Part shown: one piece after another, positions 1 through 8,295 of the stretch
How the letters are laid out: each line of letters starts with the position of its first letter
Numbering within the stretch: the first letter of the stretch is position 1
Virus record (IMG/VR): IMGVR_UViG_3300027819_000008
Location: 27,405-91,404 of that record
Direction: 5' to 3' (one strand)
Length of the DNA: 64,000 bases
DNA from: a virus
Lineage: Duplodnaviria > Heunggongvirae > Uroviricota > Caudoviricetes
Program-made: the position numbers and the translations under genes
Notes under the pieces: model-generated
Seen by the model: the letters and a program-made list of their open reading frames with translations, nothing else
The model's database searches: none
What the model was told of the DNA's origin: nothing

Positions 1-76
1 GGCGCACGGCGTCGGAGGCCTTGCTGATCAGGGCCTCCACGCCGGCACGGGACGCTGCGGACTTCTTCGCCACGGC

Positions 77-1138
77 CTACCGCTTCCGCGTGCGCGCAGG
101 GGGTGCGGCCGGCTGGCGCTGGGCCGGTGCCGGTTGGCGTGCCGCCGGAGGTCGCGCGGCCGGTGCGGACGGCTCCGTCGGGAAGTCGTCGGCCCCGTCG
201 CCCAGGCCGTCCAGCCCGTCGCCACCGCCGCCCATGATCGGGTCCTCCTCCACCGGAGCCGGTGCCGCGGTGCGGGCGGCCGCGGCCGGAGCGGGCTGGC
301 GCGGCGGGGGCTGCTGCGCGGCCGGGGGCGCGGCACCCTCCGGGTCCACCCCGTGGAACTCCTTGTAGAGGACCTCCCACGTCTTCGTCTCCTGCTCCAG
401 CAGCGCGTCCAGGTCGTAGATCAGCGTCCACCACCCGGCGAACTTGTCCTTCTCCGCCGGCAGGAACAGCCGCGTCGGGTCGGGCGCGCAGTTGACGACC
501 CAGCGCTGACCCTGCCCCGCAGGCCGGACGAGCTCCAGGTCGTACCCGACCGCCGGGTCGCTCACGTCCCCGCGCGCGAACGACTCCTGCTCGCCGCCGG
601 TCATGATGTTGGAGATGTACAGGAACACCGTGCCCGGGACGGACATCGGCCGCACGTCGAGCTTGCCGTCGTCCCCGAACTTCCGCTGGCCGGTCGCGCC
701 GACCGCCGCGTTGAACACGGCGACCTCCTTGGCCCCGATGCGCCGGGCCAGGTCGCGGTCCTCGGAGTTCGCCGAGCGCTTCAGCTCCTCGGCGGCCTCG
801 CACACCGGGCACTTGTCGCCGTACATCTGCGGGCACCACTCGCGCGTGGTCTTGCCCTCCGGCGTGTCCCACCAGTGCTCCATGGCCTCCACGTAGATCG
901 GCTTCTCGAGCGCGGCGAGGTCGGGCGTGACCTTGCCCGCGCCGTCCACGACGTAGCGGTCCCAGCGCGGCATGAGGCGGACGACGATGCTGTGGCCCGG
1001 CGCCACGATGGCCTGCTTGCCGCCGAGGTTCCACACGCGCGTGAACTGCGCGCTCTGGGCCTTGGCCTGCTGCTCCTTGATCTTGTTGGCGCGGGCGAGC
1101 ATGGCGTCGCGGACGGACTGCGGAAGCGGTGCACCCAT
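77..1138 (-). CDS. T4 gp32-like ssDNA-binding protein
   Basis: N-terminal region resembles gp32 (GGKQAIVAPGHSIVVRLMP versus GNGQAVIRFLP). His then Cys-x7-Cys-x2-Cys zinc-site spacing like gp32. Acidic DGLDGLGDGADDF segment near the C-terminus, followed by a Pro/Ala-rich tail. Confidence 0.55.
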   Translation of the reverse strand: MGAPLPQSVRDAMLARANKIKEQQAKAQSAQFTRVWNLGGKQAIVAPGHSIVVRLMPRWDRYVVDGAGKVTPDLAALEKPIYVEAMEHWWDTPEGKTTREWCPQMYGDKCPVCEAAEELKRSANSEDRDLARRIGAKEVAVFNAAVGATGQRKFGDDGKLDVRPMSVPGTVFLYISNIMTGGEQESFARGDVSDPAVGYDLELVRPAGQGQRWVVNCAPDPTRLFLPAEKDKFAGWWTLIYDLDALLEQETKTWEVLYKEFHGVDPEGAAPPAAQQPPPRQPAPAAAARTAAPAPVEEDPIMGGGGDGLDGLGDGADDFPTEPSAPAARPPAARQPAPAQRQPAAPPARTRKR

Positions 1139-1157
1139 GGCGTGTGTTCTGCTTTCT

Positions 1158-1724
1158 CTACTTCTTGGTGGTGGAACGCGGCAGCGCGCCCGGGGCGCGC
1201 GAGCCGGCGGGGTATCCCGTGTTGCCGTGGTCGCGGATCTGGAACATCCGGGCCTCCATCTCCGCGCGCATGTTGGACCCGATGGCGAGCAGTGAATCGC
1301 GGCGCTGGAGCATGGTCTGGCGCCCGACGGTGACCTGGTCCAGGTCGAGCTTGGCCTTGGCGACCTTGGCCTCGAGCGCGTGGCGCCGCGCGTCCAGCGT
1401 CACCGCCGACTTGATGGCGTCCACCGTCGGCGCCTTGCCGATCTTCTGCGCGAGCGCGGAGGTCGGGGAGCCGTGCTCGTTGTACAGCTCCGCGTCCAGG
1501 CGCTTGAGCTGGGTCTCCAGCTCCTCGTACTGCGCACGGGCGAGCGCCTCCAGCATGGCCCACCAGGCGAACTTGCCCGGGTGCTCGGAGAGCGCGTTGT
1601 TGAGCCCCTGCAGGTCGATCGGCGCCTGCGCGTCGTGGTTGAGGTCCTGCTCGTAGTCGCGCCCCCCGAGCTTGACGCGGAACTGAAGGAGCGGTTCGTT
1701 GGACGATGCGGGCTTACTGCTCAT
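1158..1724 (-). CDS. hypothetical protein with predicted coiled coil
   Basis: 188-aa ORF with non-junk amino-acid composition, directly downstream of the polymerase gene. Weak AGGGG Shine-Dalgarno site. No recognisable motifs. Confidence 0.35.
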   Translation of the reverse strand: MSSKPASSNEPLLQFRVKLGGRDYEQDLNHDAQAPIDLQGLNNALSEHPGKFAWWAMLEALARAQYEELETQLKRLDAELYNEHGSPTSALAQKIGKAPTVDAIKSAVTLDARRHALEAKVAKAKLDLDQVTVGRQTMLQRRDSLLAIGSNMRAEMEARMFQIRDHGNTGYPAGSRAPGALPRSTTKK

Positions 1725-1747
1725 ACTGATTACAACCCCTACGTTCC

Positions 1748-3397
1748 CTATATCTTAGGCAACTCAGTCAGGCCAAACTTCCGGGCCACGTCGTTATATG
1801 AAAACAGGAGTCCCATGTGGGGACCAACCGAGAAGTCCACGCGGTAGGGCACGTCCGCCTCCAGGCGCCAGTCGAACGGCAGCGCCGTGCAGCGGCGGTA
1901 CACGAGCATGGCCGTCGGCTCCAGGTACCCAGGCGCACAGTCACCCCAGCCGGAGTCGTGCACGGTGTTGCTGTGCCAGGAGCGGAACGGCTTACCGCCG
2001 GGGCCGGAGCCCCCGTGCAGCCGCCAGCCCGCGGCCTCCGGAAACAGCAGCCCGCGCGCCTCCCACATCGGCGGCACCGCGAGCTGGACGTACTCCCCGT
2101 GGTGCAGCAGCGCGATCATCCACAGGCAGTCCGTGGCGTTCATGGACTGCGTCGGCGTGTTGGCCGCCTTGTGAAAGTTGTGGGACAGCGGTCCCCAGAG
2201 GCGCTTGTCACCGACCTGGAACTTGGGCTTCCCGTCCACGCGGCCCAGGTACCGCACGCCCTCCGGCAGGCCGACCCACCGGCGGCGGCCGTACCCGTCC
2301 TGGCAGTACCCGAGGCGCCCGAGGTGGTCCTGGTCCCACTCGTAGAGCTCCGCCAGCCCCGTGTAGCCGGCGTCGAACGCGGCGGCGAGGCGCTTGGCCT
2401 CGTCGTCCGGCAGCAGCATCCGCGCCTCGTTCCACAGCGTCCCCTGCAGCGCGCGCCACGAGCCCCCGAAGATCTTAAGGAAGAACGTCTGCTTGCCGAC
2501 GGTGTCGCGCTCGTGCGTCCCCTTCTTGTACGTCCCCTCCGGCACGCCGTAGAGGAGCGAGGCCGTCTTGCTGTGGATGTCCTTCCCCTCGCGCAGGTAC
2601 TCGTACGCGATCGGGTCCGGCCGGGCGCAGTACTTCCACGTCAGCATGGCCGCGCGGATGCACGCCTCGGCGCCGGAGATGTCCCAGCGCCACACGCTGC
2701 CGTGCTTCCGCGGGTCCCACACGGCGGCCAGCACGTCCAGCTGCTCCGCGCCCGTCTTCTTGGCCGCGACCGCGGCCTCCACGTCCGGCGTGAGGTGCAC
2801 GGCCCCCTCCCGGGGCACGATGCAGGACTTGATGCCCTGGGCGACCACCTTGTCCGCGCGCTCCGGGATGTTCTGCACCTGGGGGTCCTCGCACGACAGC
2901 CGGGAGGTGCGGAGCGCCCAGTTGTACTTCGTGTGGATCGCGCCGTCGGGGCGCAGTCGGTCGCGCCACGCGCGCAGCCACTTCGCGCGCCCACCCTGCA
3001 GCGACCGGATCTTCATGACGGCGTACACCACCGGGTGGTCGCCCGCGCGGGGGACCTTGATGGACGCGTAGTGCTGCAGGAACTCATCGGCGGTGGACGG
3101 CGTCTCCCCCGCGGCCAGCCGCTGCCCCGTGGGCTCCAGTCCCAGCCCCTGCGCGGAGTACAGGAACTTGGCCAGCGTGGCGGGGTGAATGGAGTCGGCC
3201 TCGGAGTACTTGAGGGTCATGCCGCGCTTCGCGGCCTCGCCCTCCACCAGGGCCTTGTGCGCGGCGAGCTCGGCCCCCCACGCGCGGTCCACCTCGGCCA
3301 GGCGCCGCTGGTCCAGGAACAGACCGGCCCGGCGCAGCTGGGACACCGCCGCATTCGCGGGCACCAGCACGTTGGCGTAATAGCTCCAGAGCTCCAT
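1748..3397 (-). CDS. polA: DNA polymerase I (family A) polymerase domain; C-terminal piece of a split polA
   Basis: Contains motif A region (RTSRLSCEDPQVQNIPER), motif B (RDTVGKQTFFLKIFGGS) and an AANTPTQSMNATD block like Pol I AINAPMQGTAAD. Start is ATG (MELWSYY) at 3397, one nt after the upstream stop (TAGCATG); the track ORF is over-extended to 3496. The N-terminus aligns with the Pol I segment that immediately follows Exo III. Confidence 0.85.
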   Translation of the reverse strand: MELWSYYANVLVPANAAVSQLRRAGLFLDQRRLAEVDRAWGAELAAHKALVEGEAAKRGMTLKYSEADSIHPATLAKFLYSAQGLGLEPTGQRLAAGETPSTADEFLQHYASIKVPRAGDHPVVYAVMKIRSLQGGRAKWLRAWRDRLRPDGAIHTKYNWALRTSRLSCEDPQVQNIPERADKVVAQGIKSCIVPREGAVHLTPDVEAAVAAKKTGAEQLDVLAAVWDPRKHGSVWRWDISGAEACIRAAMLTWKYCARPDPIAYEYLREGKDIHSKTASLLYGVPEGTYKKGTHERDTVGKQTFFLKIFGGSWRALQGTLWNEARMLLPDDEAKRLAAAFDAGYTGLAELYEWDQDHLGRLGYCQDGYGRRRWVGLPEGVRYLGRVDGKPKFQVGDKRLWGPLSHNFHKAANTPTQSMNATDCLWMIALLHHGEYVQLAVPPMWEARGLLFPEAAGWRLHGGSGPGGKPFRSWHSNTVHDSGWGDCAPGYLEPTAMLVYRRCTALPFDWRLEADVPYRVDFSVGPHMGLLFSYNDVARKFGLTELPKI

Positions 3398-3398
3398 G

Positions 3399-3653
3399 CT
3401 AGAAGAACGCCTGCTGCGCCGCGGCGGGCCGGTAGGTCGCGCCCGCCTCGGTGATCTGTCGCTCCAGCGCGGTGAAGTATTGCACGTTGACCTCATGGCA
3501 CTTGAGCGTGTCGGCCGCCACCTCGTTCAGCGTGTACCCCATCTTCTCCACGTACCGGTGAACAGCCGTCCGCTCCGCGGGCATGTGATCCCGCGCGTAC
3601 AGGTACGAGTAGAGCCGGCGCTTCAGGCCAAGCTCCCACCACCGGGACTCCAC
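3399..3653 (-). CDS. small helix-turn-helix-like protein encoded inside the polA-splitting insert
   Basis: C-terminal 60-80 aa look protein-like (YVEKMGYTLNEVAADTLKCHEVNVQYFTALERQI, HTH-like). Candidate GTG start at 3653 follows GGGGA; an alternative ATG lies at 3584. The upstream part of the track ORF 3399..4013 is W/R-rich frame junk. Confidence 0.3.
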   Translation of the reverse strand: MESRWWELGLKRRLYSYLYARDHMPAERTAVHRYVEKMGYTLNEVAADTLKCHEVNVQYFTALERQITEAGATYRPAAAQQAFF

Positions 3654-3852
3654 TCCCCGAGGCAGGGACCCACACGCGAAGTAGAACCTCACCGGCACCC
3701 CCGGAGAGTCTTGGCCAACCCCAAAACGGGGTGTACAACCCCCAAAACGGGCCCGTACGGGGCGATTGGGGGCTTCCCGGTGTGGTTGCACGGGAACCCC
3801 CCTCCCGACCCGCCCAGGGGGAGCCACGGCCGGGCGTGTCGAAATGGCACGA

Positions 3853-5103
3853 TCACAGGTACTCCGCCCGCCGCAGCCGGGCGTCCAGGGCCACCTCCAG
3901 CTCCAGCGTGGCGCAGGCGTCGTGCACCGCCCCACTAGCCACCTGCTCCAGGGGAAGGTCGCGCATCCGTCCCTTGTCCACCTCGGCCCAATACTGGCGC
4001 TTGCCCAGGACATCCACCACGGCCTTCTCCAGGCGCAGGCTCTCGTGCGTCCCGTCGCTGAGGGAGACGAGCGCGAGCATGGCGTCGCGCGTGCGGCGGA
4101 CGCGGTGTGCCCACCCGGGGACGACCAGCCCCTCCTCGTCGAAGTGCCCGTTGAACGCCGTCCGGTCGGCCGCAGAGGTGAAGGCCGGGGTCAGCAGCTC
4201 GCACACCCGCGCGCGGTGCGCGAGCAGCGGCGCGAGCTCCAGCCACGCCCCCTGCGTGAACGACCACGCGACCGCGACGCCGCGCAGGCGGAAGTCCGGG
4301 TGGCACGGGTCGGTGGAGACCTCCTTGCGGCTCGGGAACGCACCCCCGTCAAAGGACTCTATGTCGAAGGCCCACATCGCGCGGTGGCGAGTCAGGCGCT
4401 CGGCGAGCGCGCCCAGCTGGTCCAGCGTGGTGACCACCGTGACGCGCACCGCGGACTGGGGCTCCTGCCCGTGCAGGCGCTCGGCCATCCGCCGCATGTC
4501 GTCGGTGAACTGCGCCGTGAGTTCCGCGCGCCGCGCGGGGTCCGGCACCTGCTGGAGCGACCCGGGGTGTCGGTCCACGAACGCGTCCCGCCCGTCCGGC
4601 GTCCTGATCCACAGCCCGCGCACGCCGCCGAGTCGCTGCCGGGTGTTCCCTGTGACGTGGTGGAGCGGCGCGAGGCCGAGCACGAGCAGCGGGACCCCCG
4701 GGTCGTAGCGCGCGAGGTCGCGGGCCAGGTGGGCCGCGCAGCGCCGAGCCGACTCCTTCCACGCCTTACCCTCGAAGTCGTCCCCGGCCGGCCGGCACCG
4801 CGCGAGGTGCAGGTACGCGACGCGGTCCGGGTCCACGTTCGCGGCCTGGAGCGCCGGGCGCAGCACCCACTGGTCACCCTGCCCGCCCGGTGCGGTGGTC
4901 AGCACGATCAGCTGCGGGTCCTCACAGTGCACCGGGGGGACCTTGCGGTCCGGGGCGTCACTCGGGCACCCACTGCACGGGTTGCCGAGGTCCGCGGGTG
5001 TACGGGGAGTTTGTGGTGCTCCGGCAGTCCGCTGCCGCCGCTTTGGTGCGCGGGCGAAGGCCGGCCGGTCGAACTGAGAGAAGAAAGACGGCTGCTCCGT
5101 CAA
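3853..5103 (-). CDS. UDG-like domain fused to 3'-5' proofreading exonuclease (N-terminal piece of split PolA)
   Basis: Exo I (AFDIESFDGG), Exo II (FNGHFDEE) and Exo III (HDACATLE) motifs are present. The N-terminal half is Cys-rich and resembles family-4 UDG (as in SPO1 polymerase-associated UDG). TTG start at 5103. Ends with a TGA immediately followed by a hairpin-rich insert. Confidence 0.75.
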   Translation of the reverse strand: MTEQPSFFSQFDRPAFARAPKRRQRTAGAPQTPRTPADLGNPCSGCPSDAPDRKVPPVHCEDPQLIVLTTAPGGQGDQWVLRPALQAANVDPDRVAYLHLARCRPAGDDFEGKAWKESARRCAAHLARDLARYDPGVPLLVLGLAPLHHVTGNTRQRLGGVRGLWIRTPDGRDAFVDRHPGSLQQVPDPARRAELTAQFTDDMRRMAERLHGQEPQSAVRVTVVTTLDQLGALAERLTRHRAMWAFDIESFDGGAFPSRKEVSTDPCHPDFRLRGVAVAWSFTQGAWLELAPLLAHRARVCELLTPAFTSAADRTAFNGHFDEEGLVVPGWAHRVRRTRDAMLALVSLSDGTHESLRLEKAVVDVLGKRQYWAEVDKGRMRDLPLEQVASGAVHDACATLELEVALDARLRRAEYL

Positions 5104-5166
5104 GACTTCTTGGGTACCGGCTTGACCCCGACCATCTGCATATCCTGCCGAGACGAGTGCCCGAAG

Positions 5167-5245
5167 CTAATGAGCACCCGAGCCCCCCCCGTTGACTGCG
5201 GACTTGCTGTGCGCACCCCCGAGCCCGAGGTAAATCTTCACCGCG
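5167..5245 (-). repeat. Q-repeat copy A (24-aa micro-ORF VKIYLGLGGAHSKSAVNGGGSGAH)
   Basis: GTG AAG ATT TAC CTC GGG start motif shared with the other Q copies. Nucleotide similarity to copy E over about 70 nt, including a G8 run and GGGTGCTC. Lies between the clamp and exonuclease genes. Confidence 0.5.
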
Positions 5246-5286
5246 GTTTGATACCGACGGCCTGACATACGGCTCGCGTAGTGGCC

Positions 5287-5375
5287 TTATATGACACAAG
5301 GACCCTCGCCTGCAGCTTCACTGCAGTGTGTGTGTGCGTTGTCGTTACCGGCCCCGAGATAAATCTTCACGCCAG
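5287..5375 (-). repeat. Q-repeat copy B (27-aa micro-ORF VKIYLGAGNDNAHTHCSEAAGEGPCVI)
   Basis: Its GTG start overlaps the clamp TGA stop (GTGA), the same coupling geometry as real genes in this genome. Paralogous to copies A, D and E and to the dpdA start. Confidence 0.5.
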
Positions 5376-6590
5376 CAGCATCACGATGTGCTCGAACCGC
5401 TTGTCCGCAGACACGAAGTACGCCGTGGTCCCGGCCCCCGCGGCCGGGAGCCAGAACCGACGGCCGACGACCTCGAGCGCCTCCTTGAGGTACTTGCCAT
5501 TGACCGAGAACGTCGTCGGCTCGCCCTGCACCGCGGCCGGGATCTCCTCCTCGGCGCGCGCGTCGGCCTCGGCCACCGTCAGCTTCAGCGAGTCCCGGCC
5601 GACCTCCCCCTGCACCCGGAACGTCGGGGCGGTGGCGAAGTGCAGCAGCCGCTCGAACGCGGCGGCCAGGTCCCCGGTGACGTCCACCCAGGTTCCCCCG
5701 CCGCGGGCGTCCTCCCGGACCTTCTTGAGGGCGCCGGCGAACCCGGCCGTCGGGAACCCCGCGGCCAGGAGCGACCCGTACACCGCCGCGCGCTCCCCGA
5801 GGAAGAACCACACGGTGGCGTCGCCCTCCAGGCACACGGAGGTCGCGTCGCGGCGGCGCGACCCGAGGCGCTCCAGCAGGTGGTCCGGCAGCAGCAGCCC
5901 ACCCTTCGGCGCGGGTGTGCGGTACTCCTTCGGGGGATTCAGCACCGAGATGCGGAACGTGTCGGTGGACAGCAACAGCCCACCCTCCGACCAGTACACG
6001 CCGCGGAGCGGGGGCTTCGTCTCGTCCCGGCACACCGTGAACATCACACGCTCGAGCTCGCCCCACCACCGCGGGTCCAGCGCCGTGCGTGGGGTCTTCG
6101 GCGCCTCCCGCTGCACGTACAGGGACACGTCCTCGGTGCCCGCGGGCCTGTAGCACCCCAGCTGCGCGCGGAACCTCCCGCCCCGGAGACGAATCGTCCC
6201 CTCGTGGGACTCCAGCACCAGCTCCTCCACGGACGAGTCGTTCAGCGACGTCACGATGCGGCGCAGGTGCGCGGCCGAGAGGGCGAACTCCCCGGGGAAG
6301 GTCCACGGCGTGGTGTGCACCGCGCCGGCGGACCCGGAGTTGGACCGGACCGACGTCCCCTGGAACCAGACCTGCTTGAGCCCGGGCACGAGGTCGCGGT
6401 CGGAGGCGAAGTCGCTCGTCAGCGTGATCGCCGGCAGCAGCTCCTCCACCGGGAGCGTGACCCCGGACCCCGGCTTCTTCTTGGCAGCCTTCGGGGCCTC
6501 CGGCCTGTCATCGTCCAGGAAGGACTGGGTGATCTCGGTCACCCCGGTCTCGCTGGTTACCCGCATCTCCGGCGCCCGCTTCTTGGCCAT
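5367..6590 (-). CDS. dnaN: DNA polymerase III beta sliding clamp
   Basis: Aligns with E. coli DnaN: IRLRGGRFRAQL versus RSGRSRFSLSTL, the YWSEGGLLLSTDTFRISV block, and the C-terminus TTAYFVSADKRFEHIVMLLA versus AAYVVMPMRL. ATG at 6590 overlaps the HNH stop (TAATG); the track ORF is over-extended to 6716. Confidence 0.8.
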   Translation of the reverse strand: MAKKRAPEMRVTSETGVTEITQSFLDDDRPEAPKAAKKKPGSGVTLPVEELLPAITLTSDFASDRDLVPGLKQVWFQGTSVRSNSGSAGAVHTTPWTFPGEFALSAAHLRRIVTSLNDSSVEELVLESHEGTIRLRGGRFRAQLGCYRPAGTEDVSLYVQREAPKTPRTALDPRWWGELERVMFTVCRDETKPPLRGVYWSEGGLLLSTDTFRISVLNPPKEYRTPAPKGGLLLPDHLLERLGSRRRDATSVCLEGDATVWFFLGERAAVYGSLLAAGFPTAGFAGALKKVREDARGGGTWVDVTGDLAAAFERLLHFATAPTFRVQGEVGRDSLKLTVAEADARAEEEIPAAVQGEPTTFSVNGKYLKEALEVVGRRFWLPAAGAGTTAYFVSADKRFEHIVMLLA

Positions 6591-7057
6591 TAAACGTGAC
6601 TCCAGGTTTGTCGTCGGCATATGTAAGAAATCATGACTTGAGAAACCCCATACCGTTTCGCAGCGACGCGCTGGCTGATCAGCCCACGCTTTCCTTTGCC
6701 AAGCCCCGGCCCACACACCCGGCGGATCTCTTTCACAACCGCGGCAGTTAGCTTTTTGGCAGCGCGCCCCTTATAAGTCTTGTCCGCCATGTTGGCGGCT
6801 TGAGTACCAAGGAACAGATGCGTCGGCTCGCCGCATGTTCCGGTATCACAGGTGTGGCAGACTTCCAAACCAACGGGGATAACCCCACGCACCAGAGTCC
6901 AGGCTAGCCTATGAACGAGCCAGCAAGTTCTCTGAAAAGTGACCGTGCCGTAAGCACCCCTCTCGTCATTGCACGCACCTTGCCAGAGCAGGCAGCCATT
7001 TGCAGAACGCTTGAACTTAAGCCAGAAGTCTGCCGGCATACTCGCTCGCTGAGGCAT
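6590..7057 (-). CDS. HNH homing endonuclease (free-standing)
   Basis: HNH core: CLLWQG...GYG...LVHRLAW...HTCDTGTCGEPTHLFLGT. The C-terminal tail is HTH-like. Sits between dpdA and dnaN. Confidence 0.8.
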   Translation of the reverse strand: MPQRASMPADFWLKFKRSANGCLLWQGACNDERGAYGTVTFQRTCWLVHRLAWTLVRGVIPVGLEVCHTCDTGTCGEPTHLFLGTQAANMADKTYKGRAAKKLTAAVVKEIRRVCGPGLGKGKRGLISQRVAAKRYGVSQVMISYICRRQTWSHV

Positions 7058-8011
7058 TTAAAAAAAGGACTTCTGCGTTGCCCGGCGCGACCAAGGACGA
7101 TCCACCCAGCTCTTTTCCAGATCGAGAAAAAATAGAACATTAAGCTCGTCGCGCTTCACGTAGTCCGTGGCCAGCTGCTCCGGCGCGTACCCCTTCCCCT
7201 CCACGTACGCAAGGATCGCGGCCTGCTCGGCCGGGGCGTACGTCTTGAAGTGGGCCCCGTCCTCGCTCAGCTTCGGCGAACGGTCGGAGAAGGACACGTT
7301 GTGCACCTTCCCGCCGAGCGGCACGTAGCAGCCGCCGAAGTTGCCGACCTTGACCCACGACGTGCTATCGACCGAGAACCAGGGATACATCTGCATGAGC
7401 GCGATGCTCGTCAGCCCGAACCCGTGGAAGCGGCGGAGGGGCCGGCCCTCATCGTCGGTCAGCAGCTCCATGGAGCGGTCCAGGGACTTGATGCGGTCCG
7501 CGGACGTCAGCCCCGGAGCGGCCAGCCCGCCGAGCGCGAAGTACTCGGCGTGGTCCATGAGCTTCCGGAGCCACTTGAGGTCCTCGCCCCGGTGGTACGT
7601 GTGGATGAGCTGGACGCCGGACCCCCGCAGCTTCTTCTGGAGGTACGCGTAGTTCTCCCACCCGCGCTCCGCGGCGCGCTCCACCTCGGCCGCGGACGCC
7701 GGCTGCCCCGGCTTCCCCGGGATCACGTCCAGGTTGGCGACGACGGTGAACGCGTCCCGGTTCGCGAGGACGAAGTCCGCGTAGTCGTCCAGGTTGATCT
7801 CCGACCCCTTGGCCCAGGCCGTGAACGCCCCGGAGTCCAGGAACAGGTCCACTGCCGGCTTGCCCCCACCGCTCATGAACACCTCCGCCCACGGCAGCCG
7901 CGCCGGGGTCTCGCGCACGATCGCGTACGAGTGCAGGCGGCGCCGCGCCCCGACGCGGGCCACGTTGGCCTCGCGCGTGCGCTCCAGGCTCCCGGCCAGG
8001 TACACCCTCAT
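7058..8011 (-). CDS. dpdA: DpdA-like DNA 7-deazaguanine transglycosylase (TGT superfamily)
   Basis: LFLDSGAFTAW matches the TGT catalytic TDSGGFQ motif. No zinc-site cysteines, which is typical of DpdA. Co-located with the preQ0 biosynthesis genes. The start MRVYLAGS is duplicated in the Q repeats. Confidence 0.6.
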   Translation of the reverse strand: MRVYLAGSLERTREANVARVGARRRLHSYAIVRETPARLPWAEVFMSGGGKPAVDLFLDSGAFTAWAKGSEINLDDYADFVLANRDAFTVVANLDVIPGKPGQPASAAEVERAAERGWENYAYLQKKLRGSGVQLIHTYHRGEDLKWLRKLMDHAEYFALGGLAAPGLTSADRIKSLDRSMELLTDDEGRPLRRFHGFGLTSIALMQMYPWFSVDSTSWVKVGNFGGCYVPLGGKVHNVSFSDRSPKLSEDGAHFKTYAPAEQAAILAYVEGKGYAPEQLATDYVKRDELNVLFFLDLEKSWVDRPWSRRATQKSFF

Positions 8012-8078
8012 CGCTTCAGCGCCGCCTTCATTACGCTGCTGTTTCTGTCCGCATAGGTAACGAGCAGGCGCACGCCGC

Positions 8079-8145
8079 TCACGCGAAGGACCATCTTCGC
8101 CACCGCTGTACTGTTAGGTGCCCGGCCAGGTACACCCTCACCGCT
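8079..8145 (-). repeat. Q-repeat copy D (20-aa micro-ORF VRVYLAGHLTVQRWRRWSFA; duplicate of the dpdA 5' end)
   Basis: A 24-nt near-identical copy of the dpdA start region (GTGAGGGTGTACCTGGCCGGG), 129 bp upstream of the genuine dpdA ATG. Confidence 0.45.
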
Positions 8146-8192
8146 GTGGCCTGAATCCTAGGAGCCTGCCGAGGGGAACGGACCGGCGATTG

Positions 8193-8295
8193 TCACCGTT
8201 CCCGTACGAAAAGAGCACCCGCCCCCCCCTTGGCGACCACGGACTTCGTGTGGGCCACGTCGTTCTTGCCGGCGCCGAGATACACCTTCACCGGC
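8193..8295 (-). repeat. Q-repeat copy E (32-aa micro-ORF VKVYLGAGKNDVAHTKSVVAKGGAGALFVRER)
   Basis: Its GTG overlaps the folE TGA stop (GTGA). Protein-level and nucleotide-level similarity to copies A and B. Confidence 0.5.

Noticed and set aside
3399-4013. Full 204-aa track ORF between the exonuclease and polymerase genes
   Set aside because: The N-terminal two-thirds (W/R/P-rich) overlap the exonuclease gene out of frame. Only the C-terminal 60-85 aa look like a real protein.
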